Below are positions 9,432 to 19,374 of a stretch of 64,000 nucleotides of DNA, in pieces. The DNA is taken from contig JBDRNE010000115.1 in NCBI GenBank assembly GCA_043811395.1, positions 12,212-76,211 of the forward strand, read 5' to 3'. A model generated the notes under the pieces. It had not been told where the DNA came from. It searched no databases and worked only from the letters and a program-made list of their open reading frames with translations. The stretch's first letter is position 1, and each line of letters begins with the position of its first letter. The position numbers were made by a program, and so were the translations under genes. This DNA comes from Candidatus Omnitrophota bacterium (GTDB taxonomy: Bacteria > Omnitrophota > Gorgyraeia > Tantalellales > Tantalellaceae).

Positions 9432-9549
9432 TTGGGGTCAGCCCTTGAAATGTGAAACTTGCTAATTTATTTACCTTAAGTTTCACATTTCAAGGGCTGA
9501 CCCCAAAGTACACTTTTCAAGGGCTGACCCCAAAGTACACCAAAGTACA
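9432..9549. repeat. Palindromic mini-element (GGGGTCAG...CTGACCCC family), copy 1, with right-side tandem duplications
   Basis: Perfect 29-bp arms 9432-9460 / 9478-9506 with a 17-nt loop; TTTCAAGGGCTGACCCCAAAGTACAC repeated at 9488-9513 and 9515-9540, then CAAAGTACA again at 9541-9549. Confidence 0.9.
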
Positions 9550-9576
9550 TGAGTCAATTCGCTTTGAGCAATTACA

Positions 9577-9605
9577 TTGACAGAATAAATCATAGTGTAT
9601 ATAAT
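9577..9605 (+). promoter_or_regulatory. Consensus sigma70 promoter upstream of lysS
   Basis: TTGACA (9577-9582), 17-nt spacer, TATAAT (9600-9605). Confidence 0.85.
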
Positions 9606-9690
9606 TGGGTGAGGCTGAATGCCCTATGCATTTAGGGAGTAATACCGTATAAATAATATTAAACAATTTGGAATTCAAAAGGGTATCTTT

Positions 9691-11121
9691 ATGGAAGAAA
9701 AAAATGGGTTAGTTGAACAACGGTACAAAAATCTCGAAAAAATACAAAATCTGGGGGTCGATCCTTTTGGTAGAAGCATTTCCGGGATTCAAAGTATTCT
9801 TGCCGTTAAACGCGATTATAGCGAAGGCATGAAAGCTAAGATTGCCGGCAGAATAATGGCCAGCCGGGTACATGGGAAAAGTGTTTTTATGGATGTAAAA
9901 GATTTTGACGGCCGCATGCAGGTTTATTTTCGGCAGGATGTTGTCGGGGAGATTCCTTTTGATATGCTAAAAAGTTTGGATATAGGTGATATTGTAGCTC
10001 TCGAAGGCGAGCTTTTTAGGACAAGAACAGGGGAAGATACTGTTCTTGTAAAAGAATATGTTGTTTTGGCGAAGTCATTAGTGCCTCTTCCTGAAAAATG
10101 GCATGGTCTTAAAGATGTAGAAACAAGGTATCGGCAGAGGTACGTTGACTTAATAGTAAACGATACTGCCCGAGAGAAGTTTAAAACAAGATTAAGTCTT
10201 ATACGGAACATTAGAGAAACGCTTGACGTACGCGGTTTTTTAGAAGTGGAAACGCCCATGATGCATCCTATTCCGGGAGGGGCCGCGGGAAAACCTTTTA
10301 AAACACATCATCAGGCCTTGGACATGGATTTATATCTTCGTATCGCGCCGGAAATATATTTAAAAAAACTTTTAGTGGGTGGGTTTGAAAAAATTTTTGA
10401 AATTAACCGATCTTTTCGAAATGAAGGTATTTCTGCAAGGCATAACCCGGAATTTACAATGATGGAAGTGTATGAGGCTTATTCTGATTGCGAAGGCATG
10501 ATGAAGCTTACTGAAGACATCGTTCGCCGCGCGGCAAAAACTTTACTTGGCACAGAAAAATTTACATACCAGGGTAAGGATATTGATTTAACGGTTTGGA
10601 AACGGGTTTCATTCGCGGAACTTATGGAAGCAAATTTTGGGATTAAAGTTAGTGATCCTTTAAATGAGTGGATATCTAAGCTTAAAACAAAAGGCGTTGT
10701 AATCGAAGGCGATAAAGTCAGTAAAACTCAGATTCTTAATATTGTGGGTGAATTGGTTGAACCCGAGGCAGGAACACACCCAGTATTTGTTGTGGATATG
10801 TTCAAGGAACTAAGCCCGTTGGCTAAAGAGAAAGAGAATTCTCCCGGTATTGCTGACAGATTTGAACTTTATATGGGGGGAATGGAAATTGCCAACGCGT
10901 ATTCTGAACTAAACGATCCTATAGATCAACGAAAGAGATTTGAAGAGCAGGTCAAAGCGGATCCCTCTGCAATGATGGATGAAGATTTTATTCGGGCGCT
11001 TGAGTATGGCATGCCGCCTGCCGGTGGGTTAGGAATAGGCATTGATCGGCTTGCAATGATTTTTACGGATTCGGCAAATATTCGCGAAGTTATTCTTTTT
11101 CCGCATATGCGACCAGAGTAA
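9691..11121 (+). CDS. lysS: Lysine-tRNA ligase (class II)
   Basis: LPEKWHGL, RYRQRYVDL, GGAAGKPF, FRNEGIS.RHNPEFT, EYGMPPAGGLGIGIDRL. Confidence 0.97.
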   Translation: MEEKNGLVEQRYKNLEKIQNLGVDPFGRSISGIQSILAVKRDYSEGMKAKIAGRIMASRVHGKSVFMDVKDFDGRMQVYFRQDVVGEIPFDMLKSLDIGDIVALEGELFRTRTGEDTVLVKEYVVLAKSLVPLPEKWHGLKDVETRYRQRYVDLIVNDTAREKFKTRLSLIRNIRETLDVRGFLEVETPMMHPIPGGAAGKPFKTHHQALDMDLYLRIAPEIYLKKLLVGGFEKIFEINRSFRNEGISARHNPEFTMMEVYEAYSDCEGMMKLTEDIVRRAAKTLLGTEKFTYQGKDIDLTVWKRVSFAELMEANFGIKVSDPLNEWISKLKTKGVVIEGDKVSKTQILNIVGELVEPEAGTHPVFVVDMFKELSPLAKEKENSPGIADRFELYMGGMEIANAYSELNDPIDQRKRFEEQVKADPSAMMDEDFIRALEYGMPPAGGLGIGIDRLAMIFTDSANIREVILFPHMRPE

Positions 11122-11129
11122 TTTACATA

Positions 11130-11213
11130 TGTTGTATGTCGTACATAGCATATCGCCTCAAAAGCCTTAAATTCTATATACGATGTACGACATACGATAC
11201 ACGACATACGACA
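11130..11213. repeat. Inverted arrays of degenerate heptamers (TGTCGTA / TACGACA)
   Basis: Left units TGTTGTA TGTCGTA CATAGCA TATCGCC; right units TACGATG TACGACA TACGATA CACGACA TACGACA (11179-11213). The two arrays are mutually complementary. Confidence 0.8.
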
Positions 11214-11216
11214 ATT

Positions 11217-12428
11217 ATGTGGACATTTTTTCTAAGTGTAAAATATTTTTTCTCGAAGCGAAAAGAAGGCATGATTTCTTTGATCAGCGGAATTTCTGTC
11301 TCCGGAGTTGCTCTAGGTGTTGCCGCTCTCATAATAGTTTTGTCCGTAATGAATGGATTTGACTCAGAGGTTAAAAGCAAAATAATTGGTACTTACGCGC
11401 ATGTGATCATAATGCGGGAAGACGGTATAACAGATTATGCTTCTTTGGTCTCGCGAGTGGAGGCAGTTTCTGGGGTAGAACATGCTTCAGCTTTTGTTAC
11501 TGGGCAGGCCATCATCAAAAAGGGTGAGGCTATAAGCGGCATTATCCTAAAAGGTATAGATCCTCAAAAAGAGTCCGAAGTTACAAAGCTTATCAGTTAC
11601 ACGGGAGAATCTGGAGACAATCTGGGACCGGGAACGATAATTCTTGGAACAGAATTGTTGAAAAACGAAAATATTAATATTGGCGATATGATTGAAATTT
11701 TTGTGCCATATTCAGCCGTAGATTTTAGTAGGACTAAAGTAAAAGTTGTCGGCACTTTTAATTCGGGGCGGTATGATTATGACGCAAATATGGCTTTGGT
11801 TGATGTTAAAACCGCGCAACAGACTTTCAGATTGGATAATGCCGTTACAGGCATAGGTGTTAAGTTGACGGATGCAAACCGAGCTTATGCAATAAAAAAA
11901 CACTTTCAGTCTATCTTGGGATATCCCTATATGGTCAAAACGTGGATGGATCTTGACCGCAATCTGGTTTCCGCGCTTGCGTTGGAGAAAAAAATGATGT
12001 TTGTTATACTTGGTCTTATTATCATGGTGGCATGTTTTAATATTTCGGGGTCACTCATTATGATGGTGATGGAAAAAACAAGAGACATTGGCATTTTAAA
12101 AGCAATTGGCGCGAATGGCCGAGGTATAAGTTTGGTTTTTATTTTGCAGGGAATGTTGATAGGTGTATCAGGAGTAACCTTAGGGAGTTTTGCGGGATTA
12201 TACATCGCGACGAAAATTAATGTTGTAAGTAATTTTATAGAAAAAATTACGGGTGTGGCGGTGTTTCCGAGTGATGTTTATTATTTTACCGAAATACCAG
12301 TAGAGATAAAAAATAGTGACATTTTTTTAATTATTTCAATTGCTTTGTTTTTGTCAATAGCCGCGGGTATTTATCCGGCTTGGAAAGCGTCAAGATTGGA
12401 TCCGGTAGACGCGATTAGGTATGAATAA
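11217..12428 (+). CDS. lolE: Lipoprotein-releasing ABC transporter permease LolC/E
   Basis: GVALGVAALIIVLSVMNGF, EKKMMFVIL, MEKTRDIGILKAIGA, YPAWKASRLDPVDAIRYE. Start placed at ATG 11217 because the upstream extension is the heptamer repeat. Confidence 0.9.
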   Translation: MWTFFLSVKYFFSKRKEGMISLISGISVSGVALGVAALIIVLSVMNGFDSEVKSKIIGTYAHVIIMREDGITDYASLVSRVEAVSGVEHASAFVTGQAIIKKGEAISGIILKGIDPQKESEVTKLISYTGESGDNLGPGTIILGTELLKNENINIGDMIEIFVPYSAVDFSRTKVKVVGTFNSGRYDYDANMALVDVKTAQQTFRLDNAVTGIGVKLTDANRAYAIKKHFQSILGYPYMVKTWMDLDRNLVSALALEKKMMFVILGLIIMVACFNISGSLIMMVMEKTRDIGILKAIGANGRGISLVFILQGMLIGVSGVTLGSFAGLYIATKINVVSNFIEKITGVAVFPSDVYYFTEIPVEIKNSDIFLIISIALFLSIAAGIYPAWKASRLDPVDAIRYE

Positions 12429-12477
12429 GCATTGAATGGCAAATTTATATTACAGGAGTATTTAAAAATAGGAAAAG

Positions 12478-13179
12478 ATGTTAAAGGCGCAGAATGTTAC
12501 AAAAATATTTAAACAGGGGATAAAGGACGTTATCGTTGTAAAAGATGCTAACTTGCATATTGCTAAAGGTGAGAGAGTATATGTATACGGTCCTTCCGGA
12601 GCCGGAAAATCTACACTGTTGCACATACTTGGAGGATTAACCCGTCCTACGGCAGGAAACGTGGCGCTTGAGGGAGAAAAGAATATATATGAAATTTCCC
12701 AAAACAGAAGAAGTTATATTCGAAATAGGTATTTTGGTTTTGTCTTTCAGTTTTTTTATCTTTTACCGGAGTTAAATGTACTGGAAAACGTTATGTTGCC
12801 GGCTGTTATTAGAGGGGAAGAAACTAAAAAAACCGTCAGGAATCGCGCTAGTGAACTTTTGGAAATTGTGCGTATGGATAAAAGAGTTTTGCATAGGCCA
12901 GCACAGCTTTCCGGAGGAGAATCCCAGCGTGTGGCGGTTGCTCGAGCATTAATAAATTTACCGGATATTTTGTTTTGCGATGAACCTACCGGTAATTTAG
13001 ATTCAGAATTACGCCAGGAAATCTATAGTCTGATAAAAAACGTTAGTGAAAAACGTAAAATGAGTGTTGTAATAGTTTCTCATCATTTGCTAAATGATGA
13101 TTTTTTTCATAGTGAATATTTAATGATGGATGGTAAAATAGAAAAGGAAAAAATCATTAAAGAGAATTATGTCGGATAA
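12478..13179 (+). CDS. lolD: Lipoprotein-releasing ABC transporter ATPase
   Basis: GPSGAGKST, GFVFQFFYLLPE, LSGGESQRVAVARAL, DEPTGNLD; follows lolE. Confidence 0.88.
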   Translation: MLKAQNVTKIFKQGIKDVIVVKDANLHIAKGERVYVYGPSGAGKSTLLHILGGLTRPTAGNVALEGEKNIYEISQNRRSYIRNRYFGFVFQFFYLLPELNVLENVMLPAVIRGEETKKTVRNRASELLEIVRMDKRVLHRPAQLSGGESQRVAVARALINLPDILFCDEPTGNLDSELRQEIYSLIKNVSEKRKMSVVIVSHHLLNDDFFHSEYLMMDGKIEKEKIIKENYVG

Positions 13180-13217
13180 ATATTCGATGGTACGAATGAT
13201 GGAATTTTAGTGACATA

Positions 13218-13246
13218 TTGAAAACTTACAGTATTAATTTTATTAT
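13218..13246 (+). promoter_or_regulatory. Possible sigma70 promoter for ilvE-mcsA-mcsB-clpC
   Basis: TTGAAA-17nt-TATTAT; AT-rich background makes a chance match plausible. Confidence 0.4.
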
Positions 13247-13292
13247 GATAGATTTGTCAGTATACTCATAGATGACAGAAAGAAGGGTAATA

Positions 13293-14165
13293 ATGGGATC
13301 AAAGATATTTTTAAACGGAAACTTTGTTAATTCAGAAGACGCGGTAATATCTGTGTTTGACCATGGGGTGCTTTATGGTGATGGCGTTTTTGAGGGGATA
13401 AGGTCATATAATAGAAGAGTCTTTCGGCTTAAAGAGCATTTGGACAGGTTATATGCCAGCGCGGAGGGCATTAAACTGCAAATACCGATGTCTAAAAAGG
13501 ACTTCGGGGCTAAAATTTTGGAAACAGTTAAAATAAACGATTTAAATGACGCTTATATAAGAGTTGTTGTTACAAGGGGCATCGGGGATTTGGGTTTGGA
13601 TCCGCGTAAATGTAAAATTGCTACAGTGTTTATTATCGCCGGAAAAATAGCGTTGTATCCGGCTGATTATTATAGAAACGGATTGGCTATCGCAATAGCC
13701 AAAACAAAAAGAAATCATCCTGATTCGATTAACCCGAAAATAAAATCGTTAAATTATATCAATAACATTTTAGGTAAAATCGATGCCATAGAAGCTGGAA
13801 CCCAAGAAGCTTTAATGCTTTCAATCGACGGGTATGTCGCGGAGTGTACGGGTGATAATATTTTTATTGTTCGTGGTGGAAAACTTATAACTCCGCCTAG
13901 TGAAGTCGGCGCTCTTGAAGGAATAACTCAGAAAGCAGTTATTGAGCTTGCGGGAAAGAAAGGCATATTAGCGGAATATAAAAGAATGTTAATTGATGAA
14001 CTTTTTACCGCGGAAGAATGTTTTCTGACTGGTACAGCGGCAGAGATAATTCCAGTGGTGAAAATAGGGGATAAGGTTATTGGTGACGGGAATCCCGGAA
14101 GCATTACTCAGGCCTTACGGGAACAGTTTATAGAGTTAACCCTGAACGAAGGTGTTGAATATTAG
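13293..14165 (+). CDS. ilvE: Branched-chain amino acid aminotransferase
   Basis: DHGVLYGDGVFEGIR, KSLNY (PLP Lys), ECTGDNIF, LEGIT, GTAAEIIPV. Confidence 0.93.
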   Translation: MGSKIFLNGNFVNSEDAVISVFDHGVLYGDGVFEGIRSYNRRVFRLKEHLDRLYASAEGIKLQIPMSKKDFGAKILETVKINDLNDAYIRVVVTRGIGDLGLDPRKCKIATVFIIAGKIALYPADYYRNGLAIAIAKTKRNHPDSINPKIKSLNYINNILGKIDAIEAGTQEALMLSIDGYVAECTGDNIFIVRGGKLITPPSEVGALEGITQKAVIELAGKKGILAEYKRMLIDELFTAEECFLTGTAAEIIPVVKIGDKVIGDGNPGSITQALREQFIELTLNEGVEY

Positions 14166-14215
14166 AGAAGTTTTAAGAAGTATTTTATCAATAAACAAAC
14201 CATATAGGGAGATGT

Positions 14216-14722
14216 ATGAGGTGTAACATATGTGGGCGACGGGAAGCAACGGTACATTTGACTGAAGTAGTTAATGAGAAAGTGACAAAACTTCATCTTT
14301 GTGAAGAATGTGCTAAAGCCAAAAGTGATGAGATGCAGTCGCATTTCGGATTAGCTGAACTTTTGTCCGGGCTGGTGGATTTTAACCCGTCCGTATCGGA
14401 TGGACAACTAAAGAAAAACCTGACTACGAAGTGTCCGGTTTGCGGGATGACTTACTATGATTTTCAGAATACCGGACGGCTTGGATGCGGTACCTGTTAC
14501 GAAACGTTTTCAGATAAACTGAGTGAACTTTTGAAAAAAATTCATGGCGCAGACAGGCATACCGGAAAAGTTCCTTATAGAACCGCGAAAACTGCTAAAA
14601 CTGTGGTAAATGAAAAATCTATTAAAGATTTAAAAGATGAACTGAGCGAACTGGTTAAAAAAGAAGAATTTGAAAAAGCAGTTTTCTTAAGGGATAAAAT
14701 TAAAGATCTTGAAGAAAAGTAG
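14216..14722 (+). CDS. mcsA: Protein-arginine kinase activator (UvrB/UvrC-motif zinc finger protein)
   Basis: Four CxxC pairs, GRLGCxxCY, KIHG..H.GK, C-terminal UVR motif EEFEKAVFLRDKI. Confidence 0.92.
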   Translation: MRCNICGRREATVHLTEVVNEKVTKLHLCEECAKAKSDEMQSHFGLAELLSGLVDFNPSVSDGQLKKNLTTKCPVCGMTYYDFQNTGRLGCGTCYETFSDKLSELLKKIHGADRHTGKVPYRTAKTAKTVVNEKSIKDLKDELSELVKKEEFEKAVFLRDKIKDLEEK

Positions 14723-14763
14723 AGCAACTTGGATAACCTTTTCAAAAATAAAAGAGGAAATTT

Positions 14764-15816
14764 ATGAAATTAAATGATTTTTTATGCAAAAAAAGCGAAT
14801 GGCTTAAAGCTTCTGGTCCGAAGTCTAACGTTGCGATATCTACACGTGCGCGAGTAGCGCGCAATGTTGCGGGTCATTTGTATTTTAACCGTGCTGATAA
14901 TACTGAAAGAAAAAGAACACTTCAGACATTGGTGAGCGCTGTAAAGAAGACGAAAATGTTGAAAAAATCGCTCTATTTGCCTATCAACGATCTCTCAAAG
15001 CTGGATAGAAATTTTTTAGTCGAAAGACAGTTAATGAGCCGAGAGCATATGGTAGACGTGGAGCATAAGGGGTTGGTAGTTGAGGAAAATGAAATAGTAA
15101 GCCTTATGCTGAATGAAGAAGACCATTTAAGGATACAGGTTATCCAATCAGGATTTAGCATTATGGATACCTGGCGTATTTTGGATGAAATTGATACAGA
15201 GTTGGCTAACTATGTGTCTTTTGATTATTCGGATAAATTCGGATATTTAACGTCATGTCCTACAAATACAGGCACGGGTTTAAGGGCTTCAGTTATGTTA
15301 CATTTGCCGATTCTATCTATGACCGGGCAGATCGAAAATGTATTTAACGCAATTTCAAAACTAGGCCTGACAATGAGAGGGTTTTACGGCGAAGATACTG
15401 AAGCGGCGGGTGATTTTTTTCAAATTTCCAATCAGGTGGCGTTGGGGCATTCTGAAATGGATGTTTTGGATAATTTGGAAAGGATACTAAATAAAATTAT
15501 AATTCGTGAGGAAGCAAGCAGAAAAGAGCTTTTTTTGAAAAAGAAAGAAGAAATAAGCGACAGGATATTTCGGTCGTATGGCACTCTAAAAAGCGCGCGG
15601 ATAATAACTTCAAGTGAAACAATTAAATTGTTATCGTCTATAAGGTTAGGAATTGATCTTGGCTTGATTAAAGATATTAGTATCGAGAAAGTAAATGAAG
15701 TTTTGTTGTGTATGCAACCGGCGCATTTACAGAAAATAAACGGCCGGGAAATTTCTCCATACGAAAGAGACGTGAAGAGGGCAGACTTAATACGCGAAAA
15801 ACTTGTAAAGAAATAA
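14764..15816 (+). CDS. mcsB: Protein arginine kinase
   Basis: STRARVARN, MLNEEDHLRIQ, GYLTSCPTNTGTGLRASVMLHLP, QISNQ. Confidence 0.95.
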   Translation: MKLNDFLCKKSEWLKASGPKSNVAISTRARVARNVAGHLYFNRADNTERKRTLQTLVSAVKKTKMLKKSLYLPINDLSKLDRNFLVERQLMSREHMVDVEHKGLVVEENEIVSLMLNEEDHLRIQVIQSGFSIMDTWRILDEIDTELANYVSFDYSDKFGYLTSCPTNTGTGLRASVMLHLPILSMTGQIENVFNAISKLGLTMRGFYGEDTEAAGDFFQISNQVALGHSEMDVLDNLERILNKIIIREEASRKELFLKKKEEISDRIFRSYGTLKSARIITSSETIKLLSSIRLGIDLGLIKDISIEKVNEVLLCMQPAHLQKINGREISPYERDVKRADLIREKLVKK

Positions 15817-15915
15817 CCAGAGAATAGGCCTTTCAATAGCAAAATAAGGCAAGGATTATTATAAGATCTAACGTGAAAAACACTGGATCAAAGATATGAA
15901 GTTTTGATATGTTTC

Positions 15916-15941
15916 GGACAGGCACAGGGACCTGTCCCTAC
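15916..15941 (-). repeat. GTAG-tagged REP-like palindrome
   Basis: Minus strand GTAG-GGACAGG-TCCCTGTG-CCTGTCC (perfect 7-bp stem). Confidence 0.75.
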
Positions 15942-15990
15942 ATCAATAAATCAGCTAATCGGTTAACCAAAGAAGTAGGAGGAGTAAAGA

Positions 15991-18441
15991 ATGCCAGCAT
16001 TTAACAGATTTACAGAAAGGGCGAGAAAAGTTATTCTTTTAGCTAAAGAAGAAGCAAAAAATCTTAACCATGATTATATCGGGACGGAACATGTCTTATT
16101 GGGCTTGATTAAAGAAGGCGAAGGTGTAGCCGCCGCGGTATTGACTAGTCTTGGTATGGATTCTGATAAAATTCGCAGTGAAGTTGAAAAACTTGTTCAG
16201 CCGGGTTCGTCAAAAATTACGGATAGAGATATACCTTTTACGCCGCGCGCAAAGAAAGTTATTGAACTTGCGATGGATGAAGCGCGTAATCTTGGACATA
16301 ACTATATCGGAACAGAGCATATATTATTGGGTCTTATACGCGAAGGCGATGGCGTGGCAAGCCAAGTTCTCTTGAATGTGGGGCTTGATCTTAAAACTGT
16401 GAGAGATGAGGTTTTGAGTCTGTTGGGATCATCGGTGCCCGGATATAGCGCGCTTTCAGACTCGGACACGAAACGTAAAAAACGGACGAAAACTCCGGCT
16501 TTGGATTCTTTCGGCAGGGATCTTACGGAAATGGCAAGCCAAGATGAGTTGGATCCTGTGATTGGTAGAGATAAAGAAATACAAAGGGTTATTCAGATTC
16601 TAAGTAGGCGTAAAAAGAATAATCCTATTCTAATAGGGGAAGCCGGTGTTGGAAAAACTGCTATTGTTGAAGGGTTGGCGCAGAAGATAGTCGCGGGAGA
16701 TATTCCTGAAGTCTTGAAGGGGAAACGTCTTTTAATCCTGGATTTAGCAATGATGATTGCTGGGACAAAATATCGCGGACAGTTTGAGGAGCGGATAAAA
16801 GCTGTTATGAAAGAAATAAAGGACACACCTGAGGTTATGGTTTTTATTGATGAAATCCATACTCTTGTGGGAGCGGGCGGCGCGGAAGGCGCGATAGATG
16901 CGTCAAATATTTTAAAACCTTCCTTACAAAGAGGAGAAATTCAGTGTATTGGAGCTACGACATTAGATGAATATCGAAAAAATATTGAGAAAGATCCGGC
17001 TTTGGAAAGAAGGTTTCAGCCGGTAACGGTTGACCCTCCAAGCGTTGAAGAAACTATAAAAATATTAAATGGGTTACGGGATAAATATGAGGCTCATCAT
17101 AAGATAAAATTTTCAGATAAAGCGTTGGAAGCCGCGGCGAAAATGTCGGATCAATACATTAGCGGTCGGTTTCTGCCGGATAAAGCCATTGATCTTATTG
17201 ATGAAGCCGGATCCAAAGCTAAACTGTCAACGATGGTAATGCCTAAAGAGTTAACTGAAGAAGAAAAAAAAATAGAAGAAATTAAACGCGAAAAAGAAGA
17301 AGCAGTTAAAGAGCAGGATTTTGAAAAAGCCGCGCGGGTCAGAGATTCGGAACGTAAAGCTAGGGAGGAGCTGGAACAGAAAAAAGTTGAATGGAAAAGC
17401 GGAAAGAATAAACAAGATGTTATAGTTTCCGATGAAGATATAGCGTCTATTGTTTCAGATTGGACGGGAATTCCGTTAATTAAAGTTGAAGAAAAAGAAT
17501 CAGAAAAATATCTCAGGTTGGAAGAGGGGTTAAAAGCGCGAGTAGTCGGCCAGGATGAGGCTATAACAGCTATCGCTCACGCGGTCAGACGTTCACGCGC
17601 GGGAATAAAGGATCCCAATCGGCCTATAGGAACTTTTATTTTTATGGGGCCTACGGGCGTAGGAAAAACGTTATTAGGCAGGAAACTGGCTGAAATAATG
17701 TTCGGGGATGAGGATGCTATTATCCAAATCGATATGTCTGAATACATGGAGAAGTTCAATGTGTCCAGATTGGTCGGTGCGCCTCCCGGGTATATTGGGT
17801 ATGAGGAAGGCGGCCAGTTAACAGAAAAAGTAAGAAGACGTCCTTATGCGGTAGTGCTTCTTGATGAAATTGAAAAAGCTCATCCGGATGTTTTTAATAT
17901 ACTTCTTCAGCTTTTAGATGAAGGCCGTCTTACGGATTCTTACGGCAGGAAGGTGAGTTTTAAAAATACAATACTCATTATGACGTCCAATATCGGCGCG
18001 AATTTACTTAAAAAAACAGGGGCGATAGGATTTAAAACTCAGGAGGAAGAAGAAGGGTATAAAGAAATGAAGGGAAGGCTTTTGGAAGCCGTAAAGAAAA
18101 CTTTTAAACCGGAATTTTTGAATAGAGTTGATGATGTTATTGTGTTCAGAAGTTTGACAAGAGCCGATCTGAAGCAGATAGTCGAGATAGAAATAAAAGA
18201 AGTGGCGGAACGTTTAAAAGAAAAAAGCATTGAGTTAATTCTTGATAGCAAGGCGAAAGTTTTTCTTATTGAAAGAGGGTTTGATAAGATTTTTGGAGCC
18301 AGACCCCTTAAAAGGATTATTCAGCGATATCTTGAAAATCCTTTGGCTGAGGAAATTTTAGCGGGAACATTTAAAGACGGGGCTAAAATTAAAGTAACCG
18401 CGCAAAAAGGAAAAACGGAATTAAAATTTGTAAAGGGATAA
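15991..18441 (+). CDS. clpC: ATP-dependent Clp protease ATPase ClpC
   Basis: Two Clp-N repeats, GEAGVGKT and GPTGVGKT Walker A motifs, UVR middle domain, IGF ClpP-docking loop. Confidence 0.97.
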   Translation: MPAFNRFTERARKVILLAKEEAKNLNHDYIGTEHVLLGLIKEGEGVAAAVLTSLGMDSDKIRSEVEKLVQPGSSKITDRDIPFTPRAKKVIELAMDEARNLGHNYIGTEHILLGLIREGDGVASQVLLNVGLDLKTVRDEVLSLLGSSVPGYSALSDSDTKRKKRTKTPALDSFGRDLTEMASQDELDPVIGRDKEIQRVIQILSRRKKNNPILIGEAGVGKTAIVEGLAQKIVAGDIPEVLKGKRLLILDLAMMIAGTKYRGQFEERIKAVMKEIKDTPEVMVFIDEIHTLVGAGGAEGAIDASNILKPSLQRGEIQCIGATTLDEYRKNIEKDPALERRFQPVTVDPPSVEETIKILNGLRDKYEAHHKIKFSDKALEAAAKMSDQYISGRFLPDKAIDLIDEAGSKAKLSTMVMPKELTEEEKKIEEIKREKEEAVKEQDFEKAARVRDSERKAREELEQKKVEWKSGKNKQDVIVSDEDIASIVSDWTGIPLIKVEEKESEKYLRLEEGLKARVVGQDEAITAIAHAVRRSRAGIKDPNRPIGTFIFMGPTGVGKTLLGRKLAEIMFGDEDAIIQIDMSEYMEKFNVSRLVGAPPGYIGYEEGGQLTEKVRRRPYAVVLLDEIEKAHPDVFNILLQLLDEGRLTDSYGRKVSFKNTILIMTSNIGANLLKKTGAIGFKTQEEEEGYKEMKGRLLEAVKKTFKPEFLNRVDDVIVFRSLTRADLKQIVEIEIKEVAERLKEKSIELILDSKAKVFLIERGFDKIFGARPLKRIIQRYLENPLAEEILAGTFKDGAKIKVTAQKGKTELKFVKG

Positions 18442-18500
18442 GTTCTGCTTTGTGAAAAGTATTATCTTGAGTGGATAAAATCTTAACTGGATGGGTTTTT

Positions 18501-19313
18501 ATGAGAATAAAAAGATTAATAAAAATTTTTGTCCAAAAGACCCTTATTAGTGCTAAAACCTGGCTAGAAGACTGTTTTAAATATATCGGCGGTCTTTTTA
18601 TTCTTCTTGCGCAGACGGTTGTAGGGATATTTTCCGCGCGTCCCAGAAAACGCCAGGTTTTGGAACAAATGAATAAAATTGGTGTTGCAAGTTTTCCGAT
18701 AGTATTTCTGATAAGTTTTTTTACAGGTATAGTGTTAGCCTTACAAAGCGCTTATCAGCTGACGCAGATGTCGGCTGAAATGTATATAGCTTCGTTGGTT
18801 GCGCTTTCTATTACGCGGGAATTAGCTCCGGTACTAACTGCTTTAATTGTTGCTGGCCGATGTGGTGCGGCTATAACCGCGGAACTTGGGACAATGAAAG
18901 TTACAGAACAAATCGAGGCGTTAGAAACATTGTCGGCTAACCCTGTTGAGTATTTAGTTACGCCGAGGTTTATTGCTATGATTATCATGGTTCCGCTTTT
19001 AACCGTGTATGCTGATTTTTTTGGCATAGCGGGCGGGTATCTCATAGGTATAAGCAAATTGCATATAACGCATTCAATGTACATGAAAATGACCTGGGAT
19101 CCATTGTCAGTGAAAGACGTTATGACGGGATTGATTAAAAGTGTATCTTTTGCCGCGATTATATGTATCATTTCTTGCTATGAAGGAATAAATTCTCAAG
19201 GTGGCGCGGAGGGGGTGGGACGCTCTACAACATCAAGCGTTGTGAGGAGTTTCATTCTGATCATTATTGCAGATTGTTTTTTTACCGGACTTTTTTATTT
19301 TGTAGCGCATTAA
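18501..19313 (+). CDS. mlaE: MlaE family lipid ABC permease
   Basis: RELAPVLTALIVAGRCGAAITAELGTMKVTEQIEAL, GGAEGVGRSTT. Confidence 0.93.
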   Translation: MRIKRLIKIFVQKTLISAKTWLEDCFKYIGGLFILLAQTVVGIFSARPRKRQVLEQMNKIGVASFPIVFLISFFTGIVLALQSAYQLTQMSAEMYIASLVALSITRELAPVLTALIVAGRCGAAITAELGTMKVTEQIEALETLSANPVEYLVTPRFIAMIIMVPLLTVYADFFGIAGGYLIGISKLHITHSMYMKMTWDPLSVKDVMTGLIKSVSFAAIICIISCYEGINSQGGAEGVGRSTTSSVVRSFILIIIADCFFTGLFYFVAH

Positions 19314-19374
19314 AAATAGAGAATATTGAGGACGAAATAGCCGCGTTTTAGGCTAGGATTATAAAAGGTTGATT

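Noticed and set aside
9432-9549. CRISPR array
   Set aside because: The repeats are inverted or directly abutting with no unique spacers of regular length, and no cas genes are present.
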